Source: Candidatus Latescibacterota bacterium (lineage in GTDB: Bacteria; Latescibacterota; UBA2968; UBA8231). Taken from it: 64,000 bases of DNA. Positions within the stretch are counted from its first letter, which is position 1, and each line of letters begins with the position of its first letter. The stretch covers positions 4,416,001-4,480,000 of the forward strand of contig CBDETK010000013.1 in NCBI GenBank assembly GCA_965242865.1, written 5' to 3'. A model generated the notes under the pieces. The model worked only from the letters and a program-made list of their open reading frames with translations, had not been told where the DNA came from and did not search any database. The position numbers and the translations under genes were made by a program. Below are positions 55,461-64,000 of the stretch, piece by piece.

Positions 55461-57830
55461 ATGAAAAGTACGGGCGCATTGTGCTTGGTTATGGCGTTGG
55501 GCAGCGTTGCCTTTGGCCAGCGCGTTTCGTTTGACACGCGCGCCGCGTGGCAGGAATGGGCGCGGCCGGTCGGCGCGGTCGACCTGCAAGCGACCGGCCG
55601 CGTCCAGCCGGTGCCGGTGCGCAAAAACATCGACGCCGTGCGCAATGCCACGCACTTTGGCGGCGGCATCCGCCGGGTCGGCAGCAACCCCGGGGCCGCC
55701 AGCCGCATCATGGATGGCGACCCGACGACGAGCTGGGCACCCGACCCCGCCGATGGCTTGGAAAACGCGTACATCGAACTTGACTTGGGTCGCTTGGTGA
55801 CCGCCTCCGAGATCGTCCTTGCGTTCGACGAGGCCGCGCCGCCCTTTGAGTTTTTCAACGTGCTGCTGTCGAGCGGCGAGAAGTTCTTTACCAATGCCCT
55901 GGTGCCGGTGGAAGGGACCCTCGAATACGGCCTCTCCAAGAGCATAGGCTTCAACGACCGCCACCACCTCGCGCTCGACCCCGCCAGCGCAACCCTGGGC
56001 TTGAGCGCGGCCGGCTCGGACGACATTGGCGGCGGCTATGTCGAGGGCACCGTCCGCACGTTCAAGGAGTCTTCGGGCTTGGTCCGCATCATTCGCCTTG
56101 AGTTGGCCAAGTTCGTGGAGGGGGCCGGCCTCGCCGAAATCTCGGTTTCCACCCTCGGCGACAACATCGCCCTCGGCCTCATCGAGCGCGGCGGCAACAT
56201 CGAGTTGATCACCGACTTGCAGGCCGTGCTGTCCGGCGGCGAAAACATGGTCGACGGCGATATTGTCACCCACTGGGGCATGCAGACCTACCACCAGACC
56301 CAAACCGGCTTCGACATCTTCAATCGCATCATCTTCGACTTAGGGGCCCATTACTGGATCGACCAAATCCGCATCATCGGCGAGCCGGCCGGGGCCCCGT
56401 CGCGCATTCGCAGCCGCTACGCCAATTTCTTCTGGTATCAGTTGCTCGCGTCCGACGGGTCCCTCGCCCCGGACGGCACCCTGAATTTTCACGAGATCGC
56501 CTTTGTCGATGACAGCCCCCTCAACGAGACGACCATCCGCAACTTCGACCACCAATTCGGCGTGCAGAAAATCCGCTACATCAAGCACTATTTCCCGTCC
56601 TCGCGGCACGGCGGCGAGCGCACCGGTACGCACGGCACGTATCGCCTGTTCGCCCTGATCAGCGAGTTCCAGATTTACGGCGCGGGCTTTCCGGCTGAGT
56701 TGCGGCTGACCTCGCCGATTCTGGACCTCGGCGCGGCCAAGGCCCTGACGTCGGTTGAGTGGGACGCGGACATCCCGCCCGGCACGCGCCTCGAGTTGCG
56801 CAGCCGCACCGGTGGGGAGGTCGTCGAGAATGTTCACTACTTCGACAAAAAGGGCAAAGAGATCACTGAGCGGCGGTGGAACAAGACGCCCAAGACCTTG
56901 CGCGGGCCGACCAAAACCACCATTTCCGTCGGCTCGGACTGGAGCGTCTGGAGCGATCCGTACGTGACCTCTGGGGCGCTGTTTAGCTCGCCCTCGCCGC
57001 GCCGCTACGTCCGGCTCGACCTGCGCTTGATTTCCGACGATCCCCAAGCGGCCCCGGCGATCAACGCCCTGCACCTGAACGTGGAAAACCCCATGGCCCT
57101 CCAAACCCGCGCCGAAGTCTTTCCGAGTCGAGTCGAGCCGGGCGTCAAAAGGGATTTTACGTATTTTGTCCTGCCCACGTTTGGCGGGCGCTCGCAGGGG
57201 TTTGATCGCCTGACCATGGCCGCGTCCGTGCCCGTTGACTTTACGAGTCTAAAGGTAGGCGACGAGCCGGTCGAGGTCGCCCTCACCCTAGTCGCCGACG
57301 GGTTTGTCGTCGATTTGCCGACCACCGTCCGCCGCTCCGAGCTCATCGAGCTCGCGTTCAGCAGCACCATTTACCAAAATCAGACGCGCTTCGATCTCTT
57401 TCTCGGCAACACCAACCTCGGCAACGACGTGCGCCAACTCGTCGACCAAGGCGACGCCAAAGCCGATGTGCCGAGCGAATCCGTTTCGGTGCAACTGCCG
57501 GTCAACGACCTCCTGCTGGCCAACGTCGCCCTTTCGACGCCCGTGCTGACGCCCAATGGCGACGGGGTCAGCGACGAACTGGCCATTGAGTTCGACGCGC
57601 TCAAGTTGGTGACGCCGCGGCCCGTGCGGGTCTATATCTACGACCTGGCCGGCCGCATGGTGCGCGTCCTCGACCGCGGCGCGGGGCTCGCTCGGCACTA
57701 CCGCTTCACTTGGAACGGCCGCGACCACGCCGGTGCGCTCGTGCGGCCGGGGACCTATCTAGCGCAAATCGAAATCGCCGGCGATTCCCAGACCGAGACG
57801 GTGCAGCGGATCGTGCCGGTGGCCTACTGA
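55461..57830 (+). CDS. Secreted paralog 5 (long form, closest to 50031..52379)
   Basis: MDGDPTTSW, IELDLG, GDNIALGLIERGG, FDLGA, EFQIYGAGF, RSRTG, WSVWS, SPSPRRY, LTPNGDGVSD, ends PVAY. Confidence 0.8.
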   Translation: MKSTGALCLVMALGSVAFGQRVSFDTRAAWQEWARPVGAVDLQATGRVQPVPVRKNIDAVRNATHFGGGIRRVGSNPGAASRIMDGDPTTSWAPDPADGLENAYIELDLGRLVTASEIVLAFDEAAPPFEFFNVLLSSGEKFFTNALVPVEGTLEYGLSKSIGFNDRHHLALDPASATLGLSAAGSDDIGGGYVEGTVRTFKESSGLVRIIRLELAKFVEGAGLAEISVSTLGDNIALGLIERGGNIELITDLQAVLSGGENMVDGDIVTHWGMQTYHQTQTGFDIFNRIIFDLGAHYWIDQIRIIGEPAGAPSRIRSRYANFFWYQLLASDGSLAPDGTLNFHEIAFVDDSPLNETTIRNFDHQFGVQKIRYIKHYFPSSRHGGERTGTHGTYRLFALISEFQIYGAGFPAELRLTSPILDLGAAKALTSVEWDADIPPGTRLELRSRTGGEVVENVHYFDKKGKEITERRWNKTPKTLRGPTKTTISVGSDWSVWSDPYVTSGALFSSPSPRRYVRLDLRLISDDPQAAPAINALHLNVENPMALQTRAEVFPSRVEPGVKRDFTYFVLPTFGGRSQGFDRLTMAASVPVDFTSLKVGDEPVEVALTLVADGFVVDLPTTVRRSELIELAFSSTIYQNQTRFDLFLGNTNLGNDVRQLVDQGDAKADVPSESVSVQLPVNDLLLANVALSTPVLTPNGDGVSDELAIEFDALKLVTPRPVRVYIYDLAGRMVRVLDRGAGLARHYRFTWNGRDHAGALVRPGTYLAQIEIAGDSQTETVQRIVPVAY

Positions 57831-57878
57831 GGAGCCCTGCTTTTGCCACCTTACAGCGTACAGCAAAGAGGAACCGCG

Positions 57879-59648
57879 ATGACCCGCGTCGCACTCGCAT
57901 TAGCCTGCCTAGCCCTGCCGGCCGCGGCCGCGGAACGGCTCAAAATCGGCGGCGATGGGCTGGAGTGGGAGGGCAACTCGCTCGTGTTCAACGCCCTCGA
58001 AGTCACGGACGAAAGGGGGCTCTCGCCGTTGGAAGCCGACCCGGAGGAAAACATCCTGCCGCGCATCAAGGAGCTCGGGGGCAGCGCGACCACCTCGGTG
58101 CGCACGGCCGCGGCGCGCTCCAACCAGATCCTCAACGAACTCATCGATGGCTCCCACACCACGGGCTGGCGCGTGTACACCGACCCCAACGGGGCCGAGC
58201 TCGAAGTCGATATGGGGGCGATCTTCGTCTTGCACCGCATCCGCCTGTTGCGCGGCGTCCTCAACGACGACGAGCGCTCCCTGCGCGGCTACGAATTCTA
58301 CGTCAACGACGGCGACTCGCTCAACTTTGTCGGCGGCAATCCCGTGTATGGGCTCATAGCCCAAGACCGCTCGCACGGCCTGCCCGAACTCGACTTGAGT
58401 TTTCCGCCGACGCAGGTGCGCTTTTTTCGGCTGCGCAGCACGGGCGAACGCGGCTTCCAGATGGGCGACCTCGAGGTTTTTGGCGTGGGCGTCACGCCCT
58501 TTGCCCAGTACATCTCCCAAGTGATCGACCTAGGCGAGGCGGCCAACTTGGGGCCCATAGACGTGTACAGCCGCATCAGCGGGGCCGCCCAAGCCCAGTT
58601 CAGCACCAAGACCGGCTTTGTGGTCACGGACTCGCTCTACTTCCGCCAGACGGGCATTCCCGGGGAATTGGAGGAAGTGACCTTGGCGAATTTCGATCGC
58701 ACGCTCGACCCTTCGTATGCCGGCGTGGTGCGCGAAAACAACCGCGACTGGAGTGCGTGGTCCCCGCCCTACGCCGAGCTGATCCGTGCGCCAGTCCATT
58801 CGCCGGACAACCGGCGCTACCTCCAGTTCCAATTCAAGCTCCTGTCGAACAGCTTGCTCGACAAAGCCGTCATCGACTCCGTGGTCTTCAACTATACGGT
58901 GCCGTCGCTGGCCGATTCGGTCATCGCCGAAATCAGCCCGACGACCGCGATCTTGGGGCAGGAAAACGAGTTTACCTATCACCTGCGCTCGGTCGTCTCC
59001 AGCGGCCATCGCGGCTTTGACACCGCGATCATCCACACGCCGTTTGCGGCCCGCGCCACGGGCGTCCGCGTCGATGGCGTCGAGATCGACAACTTCACTT
59101 GGGAGTTTGCTGCCGGCCGCCTACAGGTGCGCTTCCCGGACGCCCGCATTACCCGCAGCGGCCAAGCGGTCGCCGTGCGCTTCGTCAGCTTGGTAACCGT
59201 CTCGGGCACGGAGTTTCGCGGCGAGGTCGCCGACAGCCAGTCCGACGCGTTTCCCCAGCGCGTCGCGTTTGGCGATGCGGTCGAGGAAGCGGCCGACAAC
59301 ACCCTCGTGGTCAGCGCCCGCATCGACGACGATCTCTTCACTGGCGTCGCGTTTTCGTCCGCCGTAATCACGCCCAATGGCGACGGCATCAACGACCGGA
59401 TCACCCTCGACTACATCCTGCTCAAGGCGACCCACGCGGTTGAAGTCGAGGTCGTGGTGTACGACTTGAGCGGTCGGCCGGTGCATCGGCTCTACAAAGC
59501 CCGCGATCGCTCCGGCCCCAACCAAGTGAGCTGGGATGGCCGCGACGCGGCCGGGACCGTGCCGCCGGGTATGTACTTGCTTCGCCTAGAGGCCACCACC
59601 GACGCCGGCATTGCCACGCAAATGCGGAGCATTGCCGTAGTATATTGA
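57879..59648 (+). CDS. Secreted paralog 6 (short form)
   Basis: RBS GAGGA before ATG 57879, LIDGSHTTGW, VDMG, DLEVFGVG, STKTG, WSAWS, SPDNRRY, ITPNGDGIND, ends AVVY. Confidence 0.8.
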   Translation: MTRVALALACLALPAAAAERLKIGGDGLEWEGNSLVFNALEVTDERGLSPLEADPEENILPRIKELGGSATTSVRTAAARSNQILNELIDGSHTTGWRVYTDPNGAELEVDMGAIFVLHRIRLLRGVLNDDERSLRGYEFYVNDGDSLNFVGGNPVYGLIAQDRSHGLPELDLSFPPTQVRFFRLRSTGERGFQMGDLEVFGVGVTPFAQYISQVIDLGEAANLGPIDVYSRISGAAQAQFSTKTGFVVTDSLYFRQTGIPGELEEVTLANFDRTLDPSYAGVVRENNRDWSAWSPPYAELIRAPVHSPDNRRYLQFQFKLLSNSLLDKAVIDSVVFNYTVPSLADSVIAEISPTTAILGQENEFTYHLRSVVSSGHRGFDTAIIHTPFAARATGVRVDGVEIDNFTWEFAAGRLQVRFPDARITRSGQAVAVRFVSLVTVSGTEFRGEVADSQSDAFPQRVAFGDAVEEAADNTLVVSARIDDDLFTGVAFSSAVITPNGDGINDRITLDYILLKATHAVEVEVVVYDLSGRPVHRLYKARDRSGPNQVSWDGRDAAGTVPPGMYLLRLEATTDAGIATQMRSIAVVY

Positions 59649-59687
59649 ATTGTTGAATTGACGTACACGCTCTAAGGGAGGGCTGTT

Positions 59688-62300
59688 ATGCACAAAGTTA
59701 CGTTCTGGGGGGTCCTGTCTCTGCTGGTCTTAGCCGTTGCGGCGTCCAGCGCGGCGACCCCGGGGCGCGAGCGCGGCGCCACTTCGCAAGTTCGGATCGA
59801 GGGCTTTGACCCCCTGATCCCGACCCTGCGCAAATGGTACGTGCCCCAAGATCTCTACTACATCTATCACTGGGGAGGCTACAAGTACACCAACTACGCC
59901 AAGGAACCCTATCAGCGCTACGTCTCCACGCAGCTAGAGGGCACGGGCCAGTACGACATCTTCGGCAACTGGGTCACCCGCGGCTGGCGCGTCTATGAGT
60001 GGCGTCAGCAGCAGCCGCTGGCCTTTGGCAGCACGGTCTTCAAAGACGGCCGCTTTAGCTCTTGGTTCCAAAACCTAATCGTCGCCGCCGATTCCAAGGG
60101 CCAGTACTATTCCTCCCTGACCATCGGCGACCGCATCCGCACGACCCTAACCCCGCTGACCTTCAGCCGGGCGCGCTTCAACGGCGTCCAGTGGGACTTT
60201 GCGTCCGACAAGTACGAGGCCACTGTGCTGCTGTCGCGCGTCAATCAGCCCGTGCAGGCCGTTCAAGGATCCAACCGAGTGCAAGATACGGACTTTACCA
60301 ACTTCATTGGCCTGCGCGGCACCGCCCAAGTCGGCGACTTCATGGGCTTAGGGCTGACGTACGTCAACACGAACTTCGGCTCGGCGAGCAGCAATTTCTC
60401 GGAAAACTCGCGCACCGGCTTGCTGACCAGCAGCCAAAATTCGGGCAATGTCACCGAAATCGTCGTCCGCATCTCCGACGACTCGCCCGGCGACAATTCG
60501 GGCGCGCTGTTCTTTTCGGCGCAGCTGATCGTCGATGGCCAAGAGACCGCGGTCAATCCCACCATTGAGGGCGGTCGCCAGCGCGAAGGCTTTCTCGAAG
60601 CCCTCGAAGAGGCGCCGATCCTCCTCCGCTACCGAGTGCCCGATCCGCTGGTGGCGCAAAAGGTCAGCTTTGCCATGGTGCTTTCCAACGACTACCGAGT
60701 GGAAATCACCTCCAACTTGCAAACCAACATCAACGGCCAGCCCATTTTCTTGTTGGTCACGCGCGCCGAAGGCAATGTGCGCGACAACACCAACCAGCGC
60801 GTCGTCCGCTTTGACTATGGCCTGCCCTCGGCCAACCAAATTGCCAGCGTGGACTTGGTCATCGAGGATATCTGGGGCTTGGAGGTGCGCGGCGAATTTG
60901 CGCGCAACACCCAGTTTCAGCGCTATCCCAACATCAACATCCAGAAACTGAGCAACCTCAAAAAGAGCGACCGCACGGCCGATGCTTGGTTCGTCAATGC
61001 CACGCGCCGCGCCGGCCGCTACTTTGGCTACGGCGAGGTGTTCAGCATGGACTACGACTACACCACGCGCGGGTACATCACCGACCAAAACGACGTCGTG
61101 GATTACGAAAACCAGCGGCAGAATTGGTTCGAGTACATCGACGACAACGACGATCAAGACCAACTCGTCGATTGGCCGCGCTTTGGCGGCGGCGGCGGCG
61201 ACAACGCCGTCTTCCCCGGCCTCGACGAAAACAACGACCTGCTCTCGGACTTCAACGAAAACTCCAACCTCACCCCAGACTACGAAGAGCCGTTCTTGCG
61301 CCACTACATCGATCCGCCCGACTTCCTCTTTGGCGTCGATATGAACCACAACACCGTGGTCGATCGCTTTGAAAACGACGACGAGGCCGACTATCCCTAC
61401 CGCAAGGGGCATCGCGGCTGGAACGTGTACGGCGGGGCCGAGGTGTATCCGGGCGTCAGTATCACCGTGGGCCGCAATCGCGAATGGCTGATCGCCGGCC
61501 AAGAGCGGTCCACCGCGGTGTACGGGTTGCTCAGCGCCGTGCGCGACGTGGCAAGGACGGGCAAGTTCGAGGTGTTCTACATGCTCAAGTTCGTGGAGGA
61601 CGACATTGCCGACAACCTGCTGCAATGGGTACAGCGCCCCGGCTCCATTGGCGGCTTGCAACCTTTTGACGACCCCCTAATCACCGCCAACACCATCGTC
61701 AATCAGGGCTTTGTCGGCTACAAGTACACCCGCGGCAATTTGACCTTTGTCAACAAGTTTCGCCTCGATCACTTCAAGCAGCGCGACGACGCGGCCACCC
61801 ACCTGCGCGACAGCGCGTTCTTGGGCGTGATCAACAAGGCCGACTACCCCTTTTCCATCGGGCGCAACGTCACCTTGATTCCGCGCTGGAAAAACATGTG
61901 GCGCAAGCGCACCCAGCCGCGCACCGTGCAGCTCGAAATCAACGAATTGAGCGAAATTTTCTCCCTGTCGGCCGTATTTCCCGTGCTGACCCGAAGCCGC
62001 CTTGAGGTCGGGGTGGAAGCCATTATTTTTCGCAATGCCGAGGCGATTCCCGACCCGCTGCCGCCCGAATACATCGACGACTTCATCGGCCGGGTGTTCA
62101 CCGTGCAATACACCAATCGGGTGCAGTATCTAGGGTACAGCGTCACCTCCAACGTTGGCTTTCAGCTCAACGACATCAACTTCGCCAATCTCGCCGACCA
62201 AGACGTGAGCAATACCATTGCCTTCATCGAGGTTTACGTCGGGCAAGAAGAGGAGCGTTTGGGCGGTCGGCCCGCCGAAAGAAGGGGATGGAGCTTCTAA
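59688..62300 (+). CDS. Large secreted protein, putative outer-membrane beta-barrel with Ca-binding-like acidic inserts
   Basis: Signal peptide; many amphipathic aromatic-ended beta-strands; DDNDDQD, DENND and DMNHN motifs; terminal Phe (GWSF); RBS GGGAGG. Confidence 0.6.
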   Translation: MHKVTFWGVLSLLVLAVAASSAATPGRERGATSQVRIEGFDPLIPTLRKWYVPQDLYYIYHWGGYKYTNYAKEPYQRYVSTQLEGTGQYDIFGNWVTRGWRVYEWRQQQPLAFGSTVFKDGRFSSWFQNLIVAADSKGQYYSSLTIGDRIRTTLTPLTFSRARFNGVQWDFASDKYEATVLLSRVNQPVQAVQGSNRVQDTDFTNFIGLRGTAQVGDFMGLGLTYVNTNFGSASSNFSENSRTGLLTSSQNSGNVTEIVVRISDDSPGDNSGALFFSAQLIVDGQETAVNPTIEGGRQREGFLEALEEAPILLRYRVPDPLVAQKVSFAMVLSNDYRVEITSNLQTNINGQPIFLLVTRAEGNVRDNTNQRVVRFDYGLPSANQIASVDLVIEDIWGLEVRGEFARNTQFQRYPNINIQKLSNLKKSDRTADAWFVNATRRAGRYFGYGEVFSMDYDYTTRGYITDQNDVVDYENQRQNWFEYIDDNDDQDQLVDWPRFGGGGGDNAVFPGLDENNDLLSDFNENSNLTPDYEEPFLRHYIDPPDFLFGVDMNHNTVVDRFENDDEADYPYRKGHRGWNVYGGAEVYPGVSITVGRNREWLIAGQERSTAVYGLLSAVRDVARTGKFEVFYMLKFVEDDIADNLLQWVQRPGSIGGLQPFDDPLITANTIVNQGFVGYKYTRGNLTFVNKFRLDHFKQRDDAATHLRDSAFLGVINKADYPFSIGRNVTLIPRWKNMWRKRTQPRTVQLEINELSEIFSLSAVFPVLTRSRLEVGVEAIIFRNAEAIPDPLPPEYIDDFIGRVFTVQYTNRVQYLGYSVTSNVGFQLNDINFANLADQDVSNTIAFIEVYVGQEEERLGGRPAERRGWSF

Positions 62301-63604
62301 CGCTGCGCCCGGCCCTGCTGGCTTTGGCCTTGGCCTTGTGGGCTTGTGCGGACGCGCCCGAAGAAAGCGCGTCCGCGGTCTTGGCCCGAGTGGGCGAGGC
62401 CGAGATTAGCGAGCGGGATTTTGCCGCGGCCCTAGCCAAGCTACCCACCGGCAGCCAAGCCCAGACCCTCGCGGACTGGCGACGCCAGTTGCAGGCCCTC
62501 ATCGACAAGGAGCTCCTGTTGCTCGAAGCGCGGGCCCAAGGGCTAGACGACTCGGTCGCCGGGGCAATGGCGGCTTGGGAGCGCCAGGAGCTCGTCGAGC
62601 AATTGCTCGGGCGTGCGTTGGGCGAGCCATTGGCCTACACCGAAGCCGAGCTCGCAGCCTTTTTCGCCGAAGCGGGCGCGGCTCGCGAAATCCGCCTGCG
62701 GCGCTTGCCCATGCACGACCGGGCCGAGGCCCTAGCGACGCTCCGCAAGGCCCAAGCCGGGGCGGATTTGCCCGGGGCGTGGAGCGAGAGCGGGTGGCTC
62801 AACGCGCTCAACGCGGGCGATGCGCGCGTGGCCGCCCTGTTCCTGCAGGACGTGGGGGCCGTTGAGTTGGTGGAAGCTGACGGGCACTATTGGGTGGTCG
62901 TCTTGGCGGCCGAGCGCACCGTGTCGCTGGCGGACCGCCGCCCGCTCGCAGAAGCGGCCCTAACCCGGCGCAAGAAGCAACAGGCGAACTTGGCCTATCT
63001 GGAGCAATTGACGAGCCAGTACGCGGTGCAGTTAGACACGGCCGGGTTGCGGCAGGTCGCGGCCGGCGCGGCCCAGCCCCAAGCGCGCTTGGTCCGCAGC
63101 ACTGCCGGCGACTGGAGCGCGGCCGACTACCAGCAGGCCCTCGCCCGGCTCGGGGCCGACGCCGAGCCGCAGCCGACTGATGTCAGCGCCCTCGGGTTCA
63201 AGGTGACGCGGGCCTTTGTCGCCGACCGGATTCTGCCGCAGGAGGCGCGCAAGCACGAGATATACGCCGAGTTGGCACCGCGCCGCGCCCAGGTCCGCCA
63301 ACAGAAGATCATTCGAGCCTTGTGGGAGCGAGAAATTTTCGCACACATCGAGATCGACCCCGCGCAGGTGCGCGCCTTTTACGAGGCCAACCCACAACGC
63401 TACGCCCGCTCGGGCGCGTTCGGCCGTCCACTGCAAGCGCGCGTGGCCCGCGATTTGCGCGACGCCCAAGCCGCGCCCCTATTCAACCGCTACATCGAGC
63501 AGGTACGCACCAAACACGCAACCATCACCACAGTAGAGGAGCAGCAATTGGGAAAATTCATCGCCCACCAACGCCAAGCCGCCAACCCCATCGATCCCCC
63601 GTAG
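62288..63604 (+). CDS. Degenerate SurA/PpiC-like chaperone lipoprotein
   Basis: Lipobox LWAC, VLARVG, LIDKELLLLEARAQGL, QVRAFYEAN (shared with the other two PPIases); rotamase motif eroded; overlaps the upstream gene by 13 nt. Confidence 0.65.
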   Translation: MELLTLRPALLALALALWACADAPEESASAVLARVGEAEISERDFAAALAKLPTGSQAQTLADWRRQLQALIDKELLLLEARAQGLDDSVAGAMAAWERQELVEQLLGRALGEPLAYTEAELAAFFAEAGAAREIRLRRLPMHDRAEALATLRKAQAGADLPGAWSESGWLNALNAGDARVAALFLQDVGAVELVEADGHYWVVVLAAERTVSLADRRPLAEAALTRRKKQQANLAYLEQLTSQYAVQLDTAGLRQVAAGAAQPQARLVRSTAGDWSAADYQQALARLGADAEPQPTDVSALGFKVTRAFVADRILPQEARKHEIYAELAPRRAQVRQQKIIRALWEREIFAHIEIDPAQVRAFYEANPQRYARSGAFGRPLQARVARDLRDAQAAPLFNRYIEQVRTKHATITTVEEQQLGKFIAHQRQAANPIDPP

Positions 63605-63616
63605 CGACCGGCCCCC

Positions 63617-63746
63617 GTGCCGGTCGCTGTGCCGGTCTGTGCCGGTCTGTGCCGGTCGCTGTGCCGGTCGCTGTGCCGATTGCTGTGGTCGCCGTGCCGG
63701 TCGCTGTGCCGATTGCTGTGGTCGCTGTGCCGGTGTCGCCATGCCG
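63617..63746. repeat. Intergenic degenerate 9-12 bp tandem repeat (GTGCCGGTC[GC]T)
   Basis: About 11 units such as gtgccggtcgct, gtgccggtct, gtgccgattgct and gtggtcgct. Confidence 0.9.
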
Positions 63747-63768
63747 GCCCTCTAGAAAGGAGTCTTCC

Positions 63769-64000
63769 ATGTCCCCGTCCCAAAAAATTTCCATCCTCGC
63801 CGCTACAGCCCTCCTGTTGGGCTGCGGTCACTACCTAGTGCCCGGTCGCTTCCAGCCCGTAGAGACGGCCCAGCAAGGGTCGAGCATGAAAATCCTCGAC
63901 GACGGCACCGTGACCTTCGTGCAGAACCGCCTCGAAGTGTCCGTGCGGCCCATGAGCGACGAGGAGCTCAACCGCCAGTTCCCGGCCGAATCGACCAACG
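63769..64000 (+). CDS. Hypothetical lipoprotein, runs off the window end (not in the ORF track)
   Basis: RBS AAAGGAG; MSPSQKISILAATALLLGC-GHYLVPGRFQP..., open to position 64000. Confidence 0.75.
   Translation, partial: MSPSQKISILAATALLLGCGHYLVPGRFQPVETAQQGSSMKILDDGTVTFVQNRLEVSVRPMSDEELNRQFPAESTN

Noticed and set aside
63490-63838. ORFs over the minisatellite (HSDR, TATG and CRSL repeat peptides), or a CRISPR array
   Set aside because: The peptides are by-products of the repeat and overlap real genes. There are no unique spacers, the units are too short, and no cas genes are present.

Overview
GC-rich bacterial genomic DNA of about 42 densely packed CDSs. No rRNA, tRNA, CRISPR array, integrase or transposase is recognisable. 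The gene repertoire suggests an FCB-superphylum lineage such as Ca. Latescibacterota/Handelsmanbacteria (inference only): PhyH-HEAT fusion, Gfo/Idh/MocA pair, CRTAC1/ASPIC proteins, FlgD-Ig/T9SS-like C-terminal domains and 'SWGxxK' tails. The left third holds an NAD salvage operon (pncB, PLP aminotransferase, nadE), small toxin-antitoxin-like insertions, a two-subunit RND pump with an ABC/DUF1854 pair, and a Fic gene remnant. The remaining ~42 kb is dominated by a large uncharacterised cell-envelope locus. It contains six paralogous secreted proteins (discoidin-like domain(s), conserved core, 'TPNGDGxND...xAY' C-terminal domain) and two CBM9/DOMON-like proteins with an SWGQxK tail. It also has a di-heme peroxidase and an FGE-fold protein with sorting-like tails, three SurA/PpiC-like lipoproteins, two ASPIC/TPR modules and an 870-aa putative outer-membrane beta-barrel. 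Embedded in this locus are a eukaryote-like alkyl-DHAP synthase plus DHRS7B-like SDR pair (candidate ether-lipid pathway) and a lower-GC EEP nuclease two-gene cassette (candidate defence system). All family assignments come from motif recognition by eye, not from database searches.
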